A stretch of 55,511 nt of DNA from a virus (taxonomy: Duplodnaviria; Caudoviricetes): IMG/VR virus record IMGVR_UViG_3300031673_016559, positions 1 to 55,511 of that record, one strand, 5' to 3'. Shown here one piece after another: positions 44,876-54,791 of this stretch. The notes under the pieces were generated by a model. The model saw only the letters and a list, made by a program, of their open reading frames with translations, searched no databases and was not told the DNA's origin. Made by a program: the position numbers and the translations under genes. The first letter of the stretch is position 1, and every line of letters starts with the position of its first letter.

Positions 44876-45318
44876 ACCATCAACCCTCCGTCGCCGCGCT
44901 GCTTGCGCGCCTGCCCGACATGGAGATGGACGAGCTTTGGGCACTGTGGGACAAGCATTTTCATGCGCGGCCAAAGAACCATCATCGTGGATTCGTCCAA
45001 TCGCGCCTGGCCTACAAGATTCAGGAGCTGGCATACGGCGGTCTCAACCCGACCACCCGCCGGCAGTTGGAACGTATCGGCGAATCGGGTGACCTCCCCC
45101 GCAGGTTTAAGAAGGGTGGACAGCGGCTCGTGGCCCCGGGGACGGTCCTCGTGCGCGAATACGACGGCCGCGAGGTGCGCGTGACGGTGACGCCGGATGG
45201 CCGTTTCGAGTTCGACGGCACAATCTTCCGCAGCCTTACCGCCATTACCCGACACCTGACCGGCGCCAATTGGTCGGGCCCCGCGTTTTTCGGCCTGGTC
45301 GGAAGGCCGCAGCCATGA
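44872..45318 (+). CDS. DUF2924-like protein
   Basis: LAYKIQE.AYGGL, PGT.LVREY.G, SL.AI.R..TG..WSGP.FFGL. Confidence 0.88.
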   Translation: MNHQPSVAALLARLPDMEMDELWALWDKHFHARPKNHHRGFVQSRLAYKIQELAYGGLNPTTRRQLERIGESGDLPRRFKKGGQRLVAPGTVLVREYDGREVRVTVTPDGRFEFDGTIFRSLTAITRHLTGANWSGPAFFGLVGRPQP

Positions 45319-46691
45319 GCGAAGTCATTACCCGAAAGCGCTGCGCGGTCTATGCGCGTGTCTCCACCGACGAACGGCTCAACCAGGAATTCAATTCGAT
45401 CGATGCACAGCGCGAAGCTGGCCGGGCCTTTATCGCGTCGCAACGCCATGAGGGTTGGCTGCCAGTAGCCGACGACTACGATGACGGGGGCTTTTCGGGT
45501 GGATCAATGGAACGCCCGGCGCTTAAACAGTTGCTGCGTGACATCGAGGATGGGCGCATTGATGTCGTCGTAGTCTACAAGATCGACCGGCTAACGAGGA
45601 GCCTCGCCGACTTCGCCAAAATGGTCGAGGTCTTTGATCAGCGCGGCGTTTCCTTCGTATCGGTCACGCAGCAGTTCAATACCACGACCTCCATGGGTCG
45701 GCTCACGCTCAACATCCTGCTCTCGTTTGCGCAGTTCGAGCGCGAGGTCACAGGTGAGCGCATCCGGGATAAATTCGCAGCCAGCAAGGCCAAAGGCATG
45801 TGGATGGGCGGCATCCCGGCGTTGGGGTACGACGTCGCCCAGCGCCGGTTGGTGACCAATCCGACAGAGGCTAAGCTCGTGCACCACATCTATACCCGGT
45901 TTAGCGAGTTGGGCGATTACTCCCGGCTTGTACGCGAGTTGGCCCTCGACGGCTACCACACCAAGGCATGGGTCACGCAAGACGGACGCTCGCGTGTTGG
46001 CAAGAAATTCTGCAAGCAGTTTCTCTACAAATTGCTGAGGAACCGAACCTACCTGGGTGAGATTACCCACAAGGGCAAGTCCTACCCTGGACAACATGAC
46101 CCGATCATTTCGGCGGATCTCTGGAGCAAGGTCCAGGCCGTATTTGCGACCAATCCCGGCGCCCGGGGGCAGGACACGAAATTCGACCTTCAGGGAAAAA
46201 CCCCGGCGCTGTTGCGCGGGCTGCTGGTGGGCGAGTTCGGCGAGCGCATGCTGCCGACCTATACCAACAAGAAAGGCGGGCGCCGCTACACGTATTACGT
46301 CTCTGCCCTCGAGAAGCAATACGGTGTCGGAACTTCCCATACGCCACGCCTGCCGGCCGCGGAGATTGACAAACTAGTGTTGGATCAGGTCCGGGCAACG
46401 CTCGACGCCCCCGAAATCGTGGTCACGGTACTCAAGGAAGTACGCAAGACGCACCCGCGGCTCGACGAGGCGCGTGTTTGCATCGCCCTAAAGCGTCTCG
46501 GCGCGGTTTGGGACCAACTCTATCCGATCGAGCAGAACCGCCTGTTACGACTGCTGATTGAGCGCGTGCAACTGAAGACAGGTGGTATCGAGATTGCCTG
46601 GCGCGAGTTCGGGATCTATGACGTCGCGGCCGAAATCGCCGAGGCACCCCTCGTCAAGGAGGCCCGCGAAAAAGAGGAGGTTGCAGCATGA
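45315..46691 (+). CDS. Large serine recombinase (prophage integrase)
   Basis: AVYARVS (catalytic Ser), DDGG.SG....RP.L, KIDRL.RS, FAQFERE..GERI, recombinase domain YLG. Confidence 0.94.
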   Translation: MSEVITRKRCAVYARVSTDERLNQEFNSIDAQREAGRAFIASQRHEGWLPVADDYDDGGFSGGSMERPALKQLLRDIEDGRIDVVVVYKIDRLTRSLADFAKMVEVFDQRGVSFVSVTQQFNTTTSMGRLTLNILLSFAQFEREVTGERIRDKFAASKAKGMWMGGIPALGYDVAQRRLVTNPTEAKLVHHIYTRFSELGDYSRLVRELALDGYHTKAWVTQDGRSRVGKKFCKQFLYKLLRNRTYLGEITHKGKSYPGQHDPIISADLWSKVQAVFATNPGARGQDTKFDLQGKTPALLRGLLVGEFGERMLPTYTNKKGGRRYTYYVSALEKQYGVGTSHTPRLPAAEIDKLVLDQVRATLDAPEIVVTVLKEVRKTHPRLDEARVCIALKRLGAVWDQLYPIEQNRLLRLLIERVQLKTGGIEIAWREFGIYDVAAEIAEAPLVKEAREKEEVAA

Positions 46692-47137
46692 CGGCAAATC
46701 GTAGGATCGAAATCGTGATGCTCGGCGAGCCGGAAAAGCGACGGCAAGGCGATCGGCTTGTTACCTTCGTGCCGATGCGCGTTAAGAGGCGCGGGTTCAA
46801 AAAGCTGCTGATCGGCCCCAAAGCTGCGGGGGCAGTGGCGCAGGCTGAGGCCCAGTCGGATTTCCCGCTGGTTAAGGCCGTGGCCAAGGCGTTTCATTGG
46901 CAAAAACTACTGGATGAGGGCCGCATTGCGGATAGCACGGAACTGGCAAAGCGGGAAAAGCTCGACAAGACCTTCGTCAACGAGACCCTGCGGTTTGCGT
47001 TGCTGGCCCCGGAGATCGTCGAGGCGATCCTTGTCGGTCGCCAACCCCGAACCCTGACCCTTCAGGATCTGCGGCGCAGAGTCCCGGACGACTGGGCCGA
47101 ACAACTGCAGGCCTTCGGGTTCGGCTCCGATGTCTGA
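46688..47137 (+). CDS. HTH protein coupled to the recombinase
   Basis: KA..W..LLD.G......LA..E..D...V...LR...LAP.IVE.I..G.QP...W..Q. Confidence 0.8.
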   Translation: MTANRRIEIVMLGEPEKRRQGDRLVTFVPMRVKRRGFKKLLIGPKAAGAVAQAEAQSDFPLVKAVAKAFHWQKLLDEGRIADSTELAKREKLDKTFVNETLRFALLAPEIVEAILVGRQPRTLTLQDLRRRVPDDWAEQLQAFGFGSDV

Positions 47138-47248
47138 AACTCTTCACCGGTGAACGGCACCATTTCGTTGGCGACCAACACCGATTGAAAAGGTCTATTT
47201 CAATTTACTGGAGTGTTAATTCAATGCAGAATAAGATGTATACTTAAT

Positions 47249-48370
47249 ATGAATATTCAGCACTCACTCAATACGGTGTGCCCGTATTACACGATGTTCC
47301 CGCTCGCGTTTCCTGAGCGGGTATTGCGGGCTGCGGGCGCTAGGGAATTGGTGGCGGATCCGTACTGCGGCCGGGGCACTACGATCTATGCCGCGCGGTT
47401 GCGCGGGCTGCGAAGCTACGGGATTGACACCTCTCCAGTTGCAGTCGCGGTTTCGCGCGCGAAGGTCACTTCAACGTCACTCAGTGCCGTGATGCGAGCC
47501 TATGACCGGTTGCTCAATGCGGTGCCCTGGGCTGAAACACCGACCGGGCGATTCTGGCGGCTCGCGTACCACGCAGAGACACTGTCTGTGCTTTGCCGCC
47601 TACGCGTCGCGCTCCGTCGTTCTTTGAAAAGGAACGCCGCAGCCGAGTCGGACGCAGTGACAATGCTGCGCGCTGTGGCGCTTGGGGCCCTGCACGGGCC
47701 ACTCAACGCAGTAGGGTTGCCAGGAAGTTACTTTGGCAACCAGATGCCTCGCACCTTTGCGCCCAAACCTGACTACGCTGTGCGCTTCTGGACCGAGCGA
47801 AGCTTGAGACCGCAAGTGGCCAGCGTGCGGGACATCATCCGCAAACGCGCCAAGAAGATATTGGATGGGTTCGTGCCAAGCAGCGGCATGGGGTGGATCG
47901 TCGCGGGCGACAGCCGTAAGCAGGCTGCGTGGGAGAGATTGCCTGGAAGAATCAGTCGGGTAATCACGTCGCCGCCCTACTACGGTATGAACACCTACGA
48001 GGAGGACCAATGGCTCCGGATCTGGTTCCTCGGAGGTCCCAGCATCGTGCAATACGGAAACAAGAACCAGCTGTCACACCACAGCCCCGAGGAGTTCGCG
48101 AAGTCAATGGCCAAGGTATGGGACCAAATCGGCGATCACGCAAGGCCGGAACTTGCCATGGCGGTGCGCTTCGGAGGGATCGGCTCGCACAAGAGCGACT
48201 ACCAGCAGATCATGGTCGAATCACTGGAATATTCCAAACACCGCTGGCGAATGGTTTCGACGCGCAATGCTGGTGATGCCACGAATGGCCGGCGTCAAGC
48301 CGAAACCATGGGGAAACGCGCCAAGTCGAGCAGCATCGAGGAGCGCGACTTCTACGTTCGCTTGTCGTAG
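47249..48370 (+). CDS. Amino-DNA methyltransferase (SPPY, likely N4-cytosine)
   Basis: CPYYTMFP, DPYCGRGTT (motif I), ITSPPYYG (motif IV). Confidence 0.85.
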   Translation: MNIQHSLNTVCPYYTMFPLAFPERVLRAAGARELVADPYCGRGTTIYAARLRGLRSYGIDTSPVAVAVSRAKVTSTSLSAVMRAYDRLLNAVPWAETPTGRFWRLAYHAETLSVLCRLRVALRRSLKRNAAAESDAVTMLRAVALGALHGPLNAVGLPGSYFGNQMPRTFAPKPDYAVRFWTERSLRPQVASVRDIIRKRAKKILDGFVPSSGMGWIVAGDSRKQAAWERLPGRISRVITSPPYYGMNTYEEDQWLRIWFLGGPSIVQYGNKNQLSHHSPEEFAKSMAKVWDQIGDHARPELAMAVRFGGIGSHKSDYQQIMVESLEYSKHRWRMVSTRNAGDATNGRRQAETMGKRAKSSSIEERDFYVRLS

Positions 48371-51300
48371 AGCGCGTATCGGATCTCGACTTCGCGTTCT
48401 TCCCCGCAGTAGTCCAGCTTGATGCGAGGATCACGGTCATGGGCAAGCTGAAATGCAAACCCTTTGATTGCCCGCGAGTCCATGACTACGTCCTTGTCGT
48501 CCGGCAGATGAAACAACAAATCGCGAGAGATAAACAGCACCGCCTTGGCGCGGGCGCGGGATATTGCGACATTGATTCGTTGCCGCTGGAACAGGAAGCT
48601 CTCCTCGCTGCGGATCAAATCCGGGTCGCCGATGCCGAACGACACCAAAATGAGGTCACGTTCACCACCTTGGAACCGTTCGACGGTATCCACTGCGTCG
48701 TCGATCATGTCCGCCGGTACGGATTCGGCGGCAAGCGCAACCCGGAGCAGCTCAACCACAGCTGAACGCTGCGCGCGGTGCGGGGTGACGATCCCGACTG
48801 AATCTGCCCAAAAGGTGGACTCGCTGAACGCTCCGCCTGCGCGGAGCTTTTCTGCTGCGCGGTAGGCCAGCACGGTCCCGGCGACCAGCGTTGCTTCGAA
48901 AACGTTGGCCTGGCCGGACGTGCCATCGTCATAGGTAACCGCAACGCACGGAAGCGCCGGGTCCAGGATGCGGTCATAGACCGCCCACCACGGAATGCCG
49001 CTCGGCCATGCGACCGGCGCCGCGCCGTGCGCAACGTAGGTAAGGGCCCGGCTCGGCACTTCCGAAGTGAATTCCTGCTTGTAGCCAATCATCCGCGCGT
49101 ACCGCACTATGGGCTCGCATGAGCGGTAGTTGTATTTCAGAAAGCACTCCTCAGCCTTCACGGTCGCGAAACGCGTAGTCAGGTAGGTATGTAAGCTACC
49201 GACCATATGCTCGGCACCCAGCGGGGGCTCGACGGACTGAATCGGCGGCATCTGCATGGGATCCCCAAACAGGCTGAGTCTCCCGCCGGTCGTCAGCAGC
49301 CCCAGGGTCGTGAGCGAATCGGCAACCGACACCTGGGAACTTTCGTCGATGAAAATTCTGTCGAACAGCCCAACCACCGCCGCGATGCCGTCATCGTCCT
49401 TATTGGCGCGACCGCCTTTCCCGATCCAATAGGACTGCTTCGTCACGCTGAAGACTAGTTCAACCCGATTTTCGTCCCCCGCCAGCCGTTCACGTAGCGC
49501 GTCCAAATTGCTGTCGGCGCTTTGAACCCCGTTCAGATAGTAGTCCTTCCCGAGGTAGAGCTCGGTGTTCAATCCGCAGTACTGCGGGCCAGCGTTCAGG
49601 AGTGCTTCCCAGGCATCGCGACTGCTCGCGCTGGCGACAAACGACGCCGTGACGTGCTTTTGCAGGTAATCGCGCACTTCAGTCGACAGGTACGGCAGGA
49701 TGCGCGCCAGTCGCCCGGCAACTTCGATCACGGCTCGGTAGGTCGGTCCAGTGACGTAGATCCGCTGGCGAGCGTGCCTCGACTTTAGACGCAGCAGGAT
49801 TTCCAAGATAATAGTCGCCGACAGCGTCTGCGTTTTCCCCGTGCCAGGGCCTCCCCATACCGGCATCAACTGCCGTGCAATTACCTTGTGGATAGCCTCG
49901 CGCTGCGACGAGTTGATCTGAATTTTGTCTTCGGCCGCCTCCGACAGCGCGAGCACCTTGTTGTCAAGGAAATCGTCAAAGTGGGTGAGGTCAGTGTCGG
50001 TCGGTGCCGACGCGAGTTTGTCAGCGCCCCACAGCACAGTCGCGGCCGGCTTCTCGGGATCGCGACCGGGCTTACGCTTCACCTCGACCAGGGCTGTGTT
50101 AGTTTCCGGCGCCGCGACAGCGATGGGCGGATTACCGATAAGCTCCGCGACATCCTTCAACGATTCGAAATCTGAATACGAGCCGCTTTCCATCAATATC
50201 ATTGGCGCATTCAGGTCGAGGACCCCGGATTGCACCAGCACTGTGAACTTGTCGAAGAACGGCTTGAAGTCAAACGCCACTAGCGCTCGCAAGTTCTCGC
50301 GGTCGAAGTGGACCAGCCTCGCGCCAAGCAGCTTTGCCACCGGTCTGTAGTTGTCGTTCGGACCCCACCCTACGTAAATTGCCGGGTCGGGTGTATTGGT
50401 GCCGAGGACACGGCACAGGCCGGCCACGTTCATCAGTCCCGCGCCCAGCGGATCCTCTGGCATTAGCGCCAAGAATCCCGCGTCGTTTCGGAACTTGACG
50501 TGTCTCGACGTATTGCGCACGCGAAACAGAAGATGGTGGTCGCTCAGCGCAGCAGGGACATGCTCAAGCCCCTGGCTGCGCCAGTCGTCAACGACGGCCT
50601 TGCGATTGGCACCGAGGATCAACCCTTCGACCCTGAGCGCCTGGTACCGGGCTTCGAGTTCATGAGGATCACTTGTATATGCGCGAGTTCGTTCGAGCTC
50701 GGCTACGCCGTCGCTCACCTTCTGGTGGGTGAGCCAAAGCATGGAATCGGCGGCCACTTTGTTGAACCGCGTGGGCGGCAAATCCTTGATCCGCGGGGCG
50801 TCCCCCTTAAGCTGCTTGCTGTGGTCACGCTGAACGCTGAACGTGATTTGCCGCATTCCGTGTATGATCGTCCGCAGCATTCCGCGGTATTGATCGATGC
50901 ACTGACTGATCGACATCGGCGGATTCTTCGGGGGCATGCTCTGCGAAATTTCGAGGCTCCGCTCCTTGGGGATCACGCCAGCAACACGATCCCACATGTA
51001 GGGAGTCGAGCCATCCTTGAAGTCGGCAATGTGGTTCGCGACGCTCAAAATGTCGTCGTTGATGATTGTCGGCAGCGCGACCAGCCGGGTCACCACGTCA
51101 TGCAAGTGGCACACGGCTGGCGTCGTAGCGATACTGTCGGATTGTTCCATCTCGCGCGGCGGAAACAACCATAGCAACGCGTTGGCGACGTCTTTGCTGT
51201 GCGTTATCTGGTGCAGGTGCCGCCCGATAGCTTCACGGAATGCCTCATCCTGCCGGGCGTCCCAGAACACCACCTGAATGCGGGCGTTCGCTTTGCTGTA

Positions 51301-52875
51301 TGCGGCCCAGGCCACCTTGTCGGGCACTTCATCCGGCGCAGCGCTCGCGCTTAGAACGTAATCGATGAATTGCGACAGGAACCGAAGGCAATCCAACAGG
51401 TGCTTGGCTTCGCACTCCGCCGTGGCTTCTTCGATGACCCACATCATCTGCTGCTTGCGGTCGATTCTCGGCGTAGCAGGAACGCGCGCAGGTTGACCTT
51501 CCTTGTTTAGACCGTTTATCCATTCTGTCGGCGACTTGTAGTCGACGCCCATTGCGATCGAGGTCAGTAGGCCAGTCGCCGCATCGAAAAAACAAGCCAC
51601 AGTTACAAGCAGATCCGCATAGCGTGCCATTTCCCCGGATATAGAGAGTGGATGGTCGGCTTTCAGGACGTCGACTACGGCGCCTGCTTTCCGCGGGAGG
51701 CGGAGAGATTCAATGCGGAGGCCGTTGTGCTGGACGAACACAGAATCGCTATTGGATCGCCCGCGCAAGTCCGCCAGTCCATTGACCTTGCCGCGCTGAA
51801 GAGTGCGGAGCATACCCCGCGTCATATTCGGCAGATGATTGAGGCGATTATTCCGCCTCGCGTCTTCGTGGCAGTAGTCGTCAAGTGTCGGTGCTGAGGC
51901 TTTCCTGTGCAGCTTGACCCACTTGGACTGCACCTCAGGGATACCACGCTTCGACCAGCCGGGGTATCCCAGGTAATCGCAGAACGCGCATGTCGGGGTG
52001 ACATGCCATTCCAGGCTGCGCCAGATGGACATGCTGGCGATCACCCGCTTGAGATCGTCGCGAAAGAACCGCACAACTGGCGGCGCGTAGAGGTCTGCTT
52101 CCGCGGCATCGATTTGTTTTTCAAACCATGCGGTGCGCTCCTCCAGGGAGGCCGAGGGTGCAGGCATCCCGGTCATCCTATCGCTGTGCCGAACGAGGAC
52201 GCCGGGTGTGGAGCTAACGTAATAGCGATCGGCAAGCGCAATCTCAGGATGCTCCAGCCAGGCGGCAAGAACCATGGAATACAGGCAAACCTCGCCGGCA
52301 TACGCGATGTTGAGTTGCTCGGCAAATTTCAGGTCGGCAACACGCAGTGCAATGCGGGTGTCGCTCGGTTCTATCCTTCTCACCGAGCCGTCAGGTCTGA
52401 TTTCACTTCCGGTGATGGCAGTGTTGTCGGCGGTTCTGCGCATTGCAACGACGAGGTCCGGGCGCAGATCAGTCATGTCCGGATATCCGGCGACATCGAC
52501 GCCGAGCGCCGTCAGGAGGATCGCGCGGTAGCGTTCCTCAACCAGGGTTGGCTCATTGAAAATGCGAGGCAGCGAGAGGCCTCCGCTTATGAGCTCCTCG
52601 AGCTTTCCTTTGAATACTATGTCGCGCGGGAGCTTGCCCGAGGCAGCTTTCGGGACGTCGACGAATTCGCCGGGGTAGAGAGTGGAGAGCTCGGCGAGAA
52701 ACTCCTTCTCGAACTCCATGCCCCGTGCCCGAAATCCAGCCAAGCCGGGGCGCGCAGGGAGCGCCAGCAATGTATCGGAGGAACCGTTGGTTTCGCTGAT
52801 CGAACAGGCAAGCATGCGGTCGCAGCGAGTACGCAAATACTGCGACAGCGCTGCCTTGGGCAGGCGCGTGGTCAT
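48352..52875 (-). CDS. Large Dna2-like nuclease-SF1 helicase
   Basis: N-terminal RPD...DLK PD-(D/E)XK with C...CxxC...C; helicase motifs GGPGTGKT, IDESSQ, GD..Q.PP, NYRS, TPHRAQ, TVERFQG.E.D, NVAISRAR. Confidence 0.88.
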   Translation of the reverse strand: MTTRLPKAALSQYLRTRCDRMLACSISETNGSSDTLLALPARPGLAGFRARGMEFEKEFLAELSTLYPGEFVDVPKAASGKLPRDIVFKGKLEELISGGLSLPRIFNEPTLVEERYRAILLTALGVDVAGYPDMTDLRPDLVVAMRRTADNTAITGSEIRPDGSVRRIEPSDTRIALRVADLKFAEQLNIAYAGEVCLYSMVLAAWLEHPEIALADRYYVSSTPGVLVRHSDRMTGMPAPSASLEERTAWFEKQIDAAEADLYAPPVVRFFRDDLKRVIASMSIWRSLEWHVTPTCAFCDYLGYPGWSKRGIPEVQSKWVKLHRKASAPTLDDYCHEDARRNNRLNHLPNMTRGMLRTLQRGKVNGLADLRGRSNSDSVFVQHNGLRIESLRLPRKAGAVVDVLKADHPLSISGEMARYADLLVTVACFFDAATGLLTSIAMGVDYKSPTEWINGLNKEGQPARVPATPRIDRKQQMMWVIEEATAECEAKHLLDCLRFLSQFIDYVLSASAAPDEVPDKVAWAAYSKANARIQVVFWDARQDEAFREAIGRHLHQITHSKDVANALLWLFPPREMEQSDSIATTPAVCHLHDVVTRLVALPTIINDDILSVANHIADFKDGSTPYMWDRVAGVIPKERSLEISQSMPPKNPPMSISQCIDQYRGMLRTIIHGMRQITFSVQRDHSKQLKGDAPRIKDLPPTRFNKVAADSMLWLTHQKVSDGVAELERTRAYTSDPHELEARYQALRVEGLILGANRKAVVDDWRSQGLEHVPAALSDHHLLFRVRNTSRHVKFRNDAGFLALMPEDPLGAGLMNVAGLCRVLGTNTPDPAIYVGWGPNDNYRPVAKLLGARLVHFDRENLRALVAFDFKPFFDKFTVLVQSGVLDLNAPMILMESGSYSDFESLKDVAELIGNPPIAVAAPETNTALVEVKRKPGRDPEKPAATVLWGADKLASAPTDTDLTHFDDFLDNKVLALSEAAEDKIQINSSQREAIHKVIARQLMPVWGGPGTGKTQTLSATIILEILLRLKSRHARQRIYVTGPTYRAVIEVAGRLARILPYLSTEVRDYLQKHVTASFVASASSRDAWEALLNAGPQYCGLNTELYLGKDYYLNGVQSADSNLDALRERLAGDENRVELVFSVTKQSYWIGKGGRANKDDDGIAAVVGLFDRIFIDESSQVSVADSLTTLGLLTTGGRLSLFGDPMQMPPIQSVEPPLGAEHMVGSLHTYLTTRFATVKAEECFLKYNYRSCEPIVRYARMIGYKQEFTSEVPSRALTYVAHGAAPVAWPSGIPWWAVYDRILDPALPCVAVTYDDGTSGQANVFEATLVAGTVLAYRAAEKLRAGGAFSESTFWADSVGIVTPHRAQRSAVVELLRVALAAESVPADMIDDAVDTVERFQGGERDLILVSFGIGDPDLIRSEESFLFQRQRINVAISRARAKAVLFISRDLLFHLPDDKDVVMDSRAIKGFAFQLAHDRDPRIKLDYCGEEREVEIRYALYDKRT

Positions 52876-53193
52876 TAACAACTCCTCGTTCCGAGGTTAA
52901 ACACGCGAGCGTTCCGCCCACGTGTGTACCGGGAAATCCCAGTAATCGTAACTTTACTCCAACCAAAACTTTTCGGGAAGACCCGTGTTTTCCGTCGTAG
53001 CAGTCCTCGACCGGCAGGTCCTGACCGACACCTGCTTGCAGAAGTCGCAACCTACTGATCTTCTGAAAAACGGCAGCTTTTCAAGACTCCGAAAGCGTAC
53101 TCCATACCCACTGCGGCCGCACTACCTGGTGGAGATCGAGCGACCGCTCCCGGCAACAGAGGTCATTGCTCGTTAGCGTTCGACCTTATCGAA

Positions 53194-54438
53194 TCATGGC
53201 TTAACGTCGCCGATGATCTCTCGAAAGAAATCCTGCCATTTCCCAATCTCGCCGCGTTTCAATGCGTCCAGTATCCGCACCCTGTCTGTCGAAAGCACGG
53301 CGGCTATCACCTGTTCACCGTGTATTTCTGCTCTCGCACATATGCGGCGGCACATCTCCTGATGATCGCCATTTTCGTAGCTAAGGCGTACGAGCCGCTG
53401 GTGCTGCTCCAGTGTCATGACCATAAGCGTGGGCCTCGCGCTTTGAGGAGGAGCGTCAGAGGTCATTTCTATTTTCATGCCTGAGAAGCTCAGATCAAAC
53501 TCGCCATCTGCCTCCACTGGAACAACGGTTTGAATGTGTGCAACGCCCGATAGGGTTCGATGGACATAGGTCGATGGATTGCCGAAGATGACTTTGTCGC
53601 TAAATGTTTCTGGCGGGAATTGGTTGACTAGCGCCTTAAATACAATTTTTCCTAAGACGTCAACGATTTCCTCTCGCGGTTCCGGAAGGTTCTTCTCAAT
53701 CTCCCTCAACGTTCCTCCATGCATGAGCGCGTTCCTTGCCTTTTCCAACATCTCCAAGGTTGCGTCATCGCAGTCCTTGTCTACAGCCTTCATCATCGCG
53801 CGAATGGCTTGTTTTTCGTACGGCTTATGGACCGGATGCGTCTTGCAAGTCTCACAGTACAGGGGCGACCTGCAGTGAGGGCACGCGTCCGGCACTTTCT
53901 CCGATGATTTCTGAGAAATAGCAAGAAGCTCCAGAGCAAACCAGAAGTACTGAAACTGGTCGTCCGGAATCGCAGAGCTAACCCCGATTCGATACCACCG
54001 CATCGCTCGGCGCATTTCAGGCGGCATATCGAATGTCAGCAAGCGGTCTATCGATTTTGTGATTCGCTCATCGAGAAAAGGGGTCGGGTCTTCATGCCCT
54101 ATTGTGTCTCCCCAAATTCGGCAAGAGCGCATCTGCACGCCAGGCGTGCAGTCAACAATTTGCCTAATCCGATGCCGCACAAAGCTGGACCCAGTTGTGA
54201 GCGCAAGCATGTTCAGGCAATCAGCCAGCTTTTCCTCGGCTACGTCCGTAGCCTCATCGAGATTTGGCGCATCAAAGGTGAGGAGCAAGGACAGGAGAAA
54301 GGGCGTCAAAAAGTCCTTGCGCTCTATGTTGCGTATACGCGCCCGAAACAATCCTTTCGGATGTTGAAATTTCAGCCATCGGGCATCTTCGAAAACGGAC
54401 AACTCCGACGAAATCTCAAAGTTGGCTACGCATTGCAT
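53194..54438 (-). CDS. MauJ/ApeA-like HEPN-domain protein with Zn ribbon
   Basis: A..WY..G......QF...WFALE, CPHC...CETC, RNALMH (Rx4H); lower GC. Confidence 0.7.
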   Translation of the reverse strand: MQCVANFEISSELSVFEDARWLKFQHPKGLFRARIRNIERKDFLTPFLLSLLLTFDAPNLDEATDVAEEKLADCLNMLALTTGSSFVRHRIRQIVDCTPGVQMRSCRIWGDTIGHEDPTPFLDERITKSIDRLLTFDMPPEMRRAMRWYRIGVSSAIPDDQFQYFWFALELLAISQKSSEKVPDACPHCRSPLYCETCKTHPVHKPYEKQAIRAMMKAVDKDCDDATLEMLEKARNALMHGGTLREIEKNLPEPREEIVDVLGKIVFKALVNQFPPETFSDKVIFGNPSTYVHRTLSGVAHIQTVVPVEADGEFDLSFSGMKIEMTSDAPPQSARPTLMVMTLEQHQRLVRLSYENGDHQEMCRRICARAEIHGEQVIAAVLSTDRVRILDALKRGEIGKWQDFFREIIGDVKP

Positions 54439-54791
54439 TGGGCCCCCTTGGGCATTCGAACGACAGGGGCACTTTACGCCGGTTCAGAGTCGAGCGGTGC
54501 GAAGAGCTGCGGTAGCGGCGCGCATAGCTTCCTTCAGTCAGCCGCCGTCAAGCGAGGCTCTCGCGAGCGTTAAACCAGTCCGACTTTGATCAGCCAATGG
54601 TGCCTAGTTTTGCCCTGGTCGGCGAGCCATCTAGGTGCAAAACTGTGCACCAATACAGCGTTGGATTGACATGTTCGACGCACCGCGCCATTTGCTCCCA
54701 GCTTGCAGCGAGAGTAACGTTGCATCCGTAGGCCCCGTGTTACTAAGGGGCCAAGTAAGTCATTAGCCAAACTGACTTAGTTGCCGCGTTT

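Larger units (their letters stand above)
84..47137 (-). mobile_element. Temperate siphovirus prophage (HK97-type head, GTA-like tail tip, large serine recombinase); boundaries approximate
   Basis: Contiguous, tightly coupled lysis-tail-head-packaging-replication-immunity-integration modules; att sites not identified. Confidence 0.93.

Noticed and set aside
52890-54580. Integron attC sites (GTTAAAC at 52896 and 54569; shared CGCGAGCGTT)
   Set aside because: No matching RYYYAAC/GTTRRRY pair with an attC-like stem and no integron integrase; short matches are expected by chance
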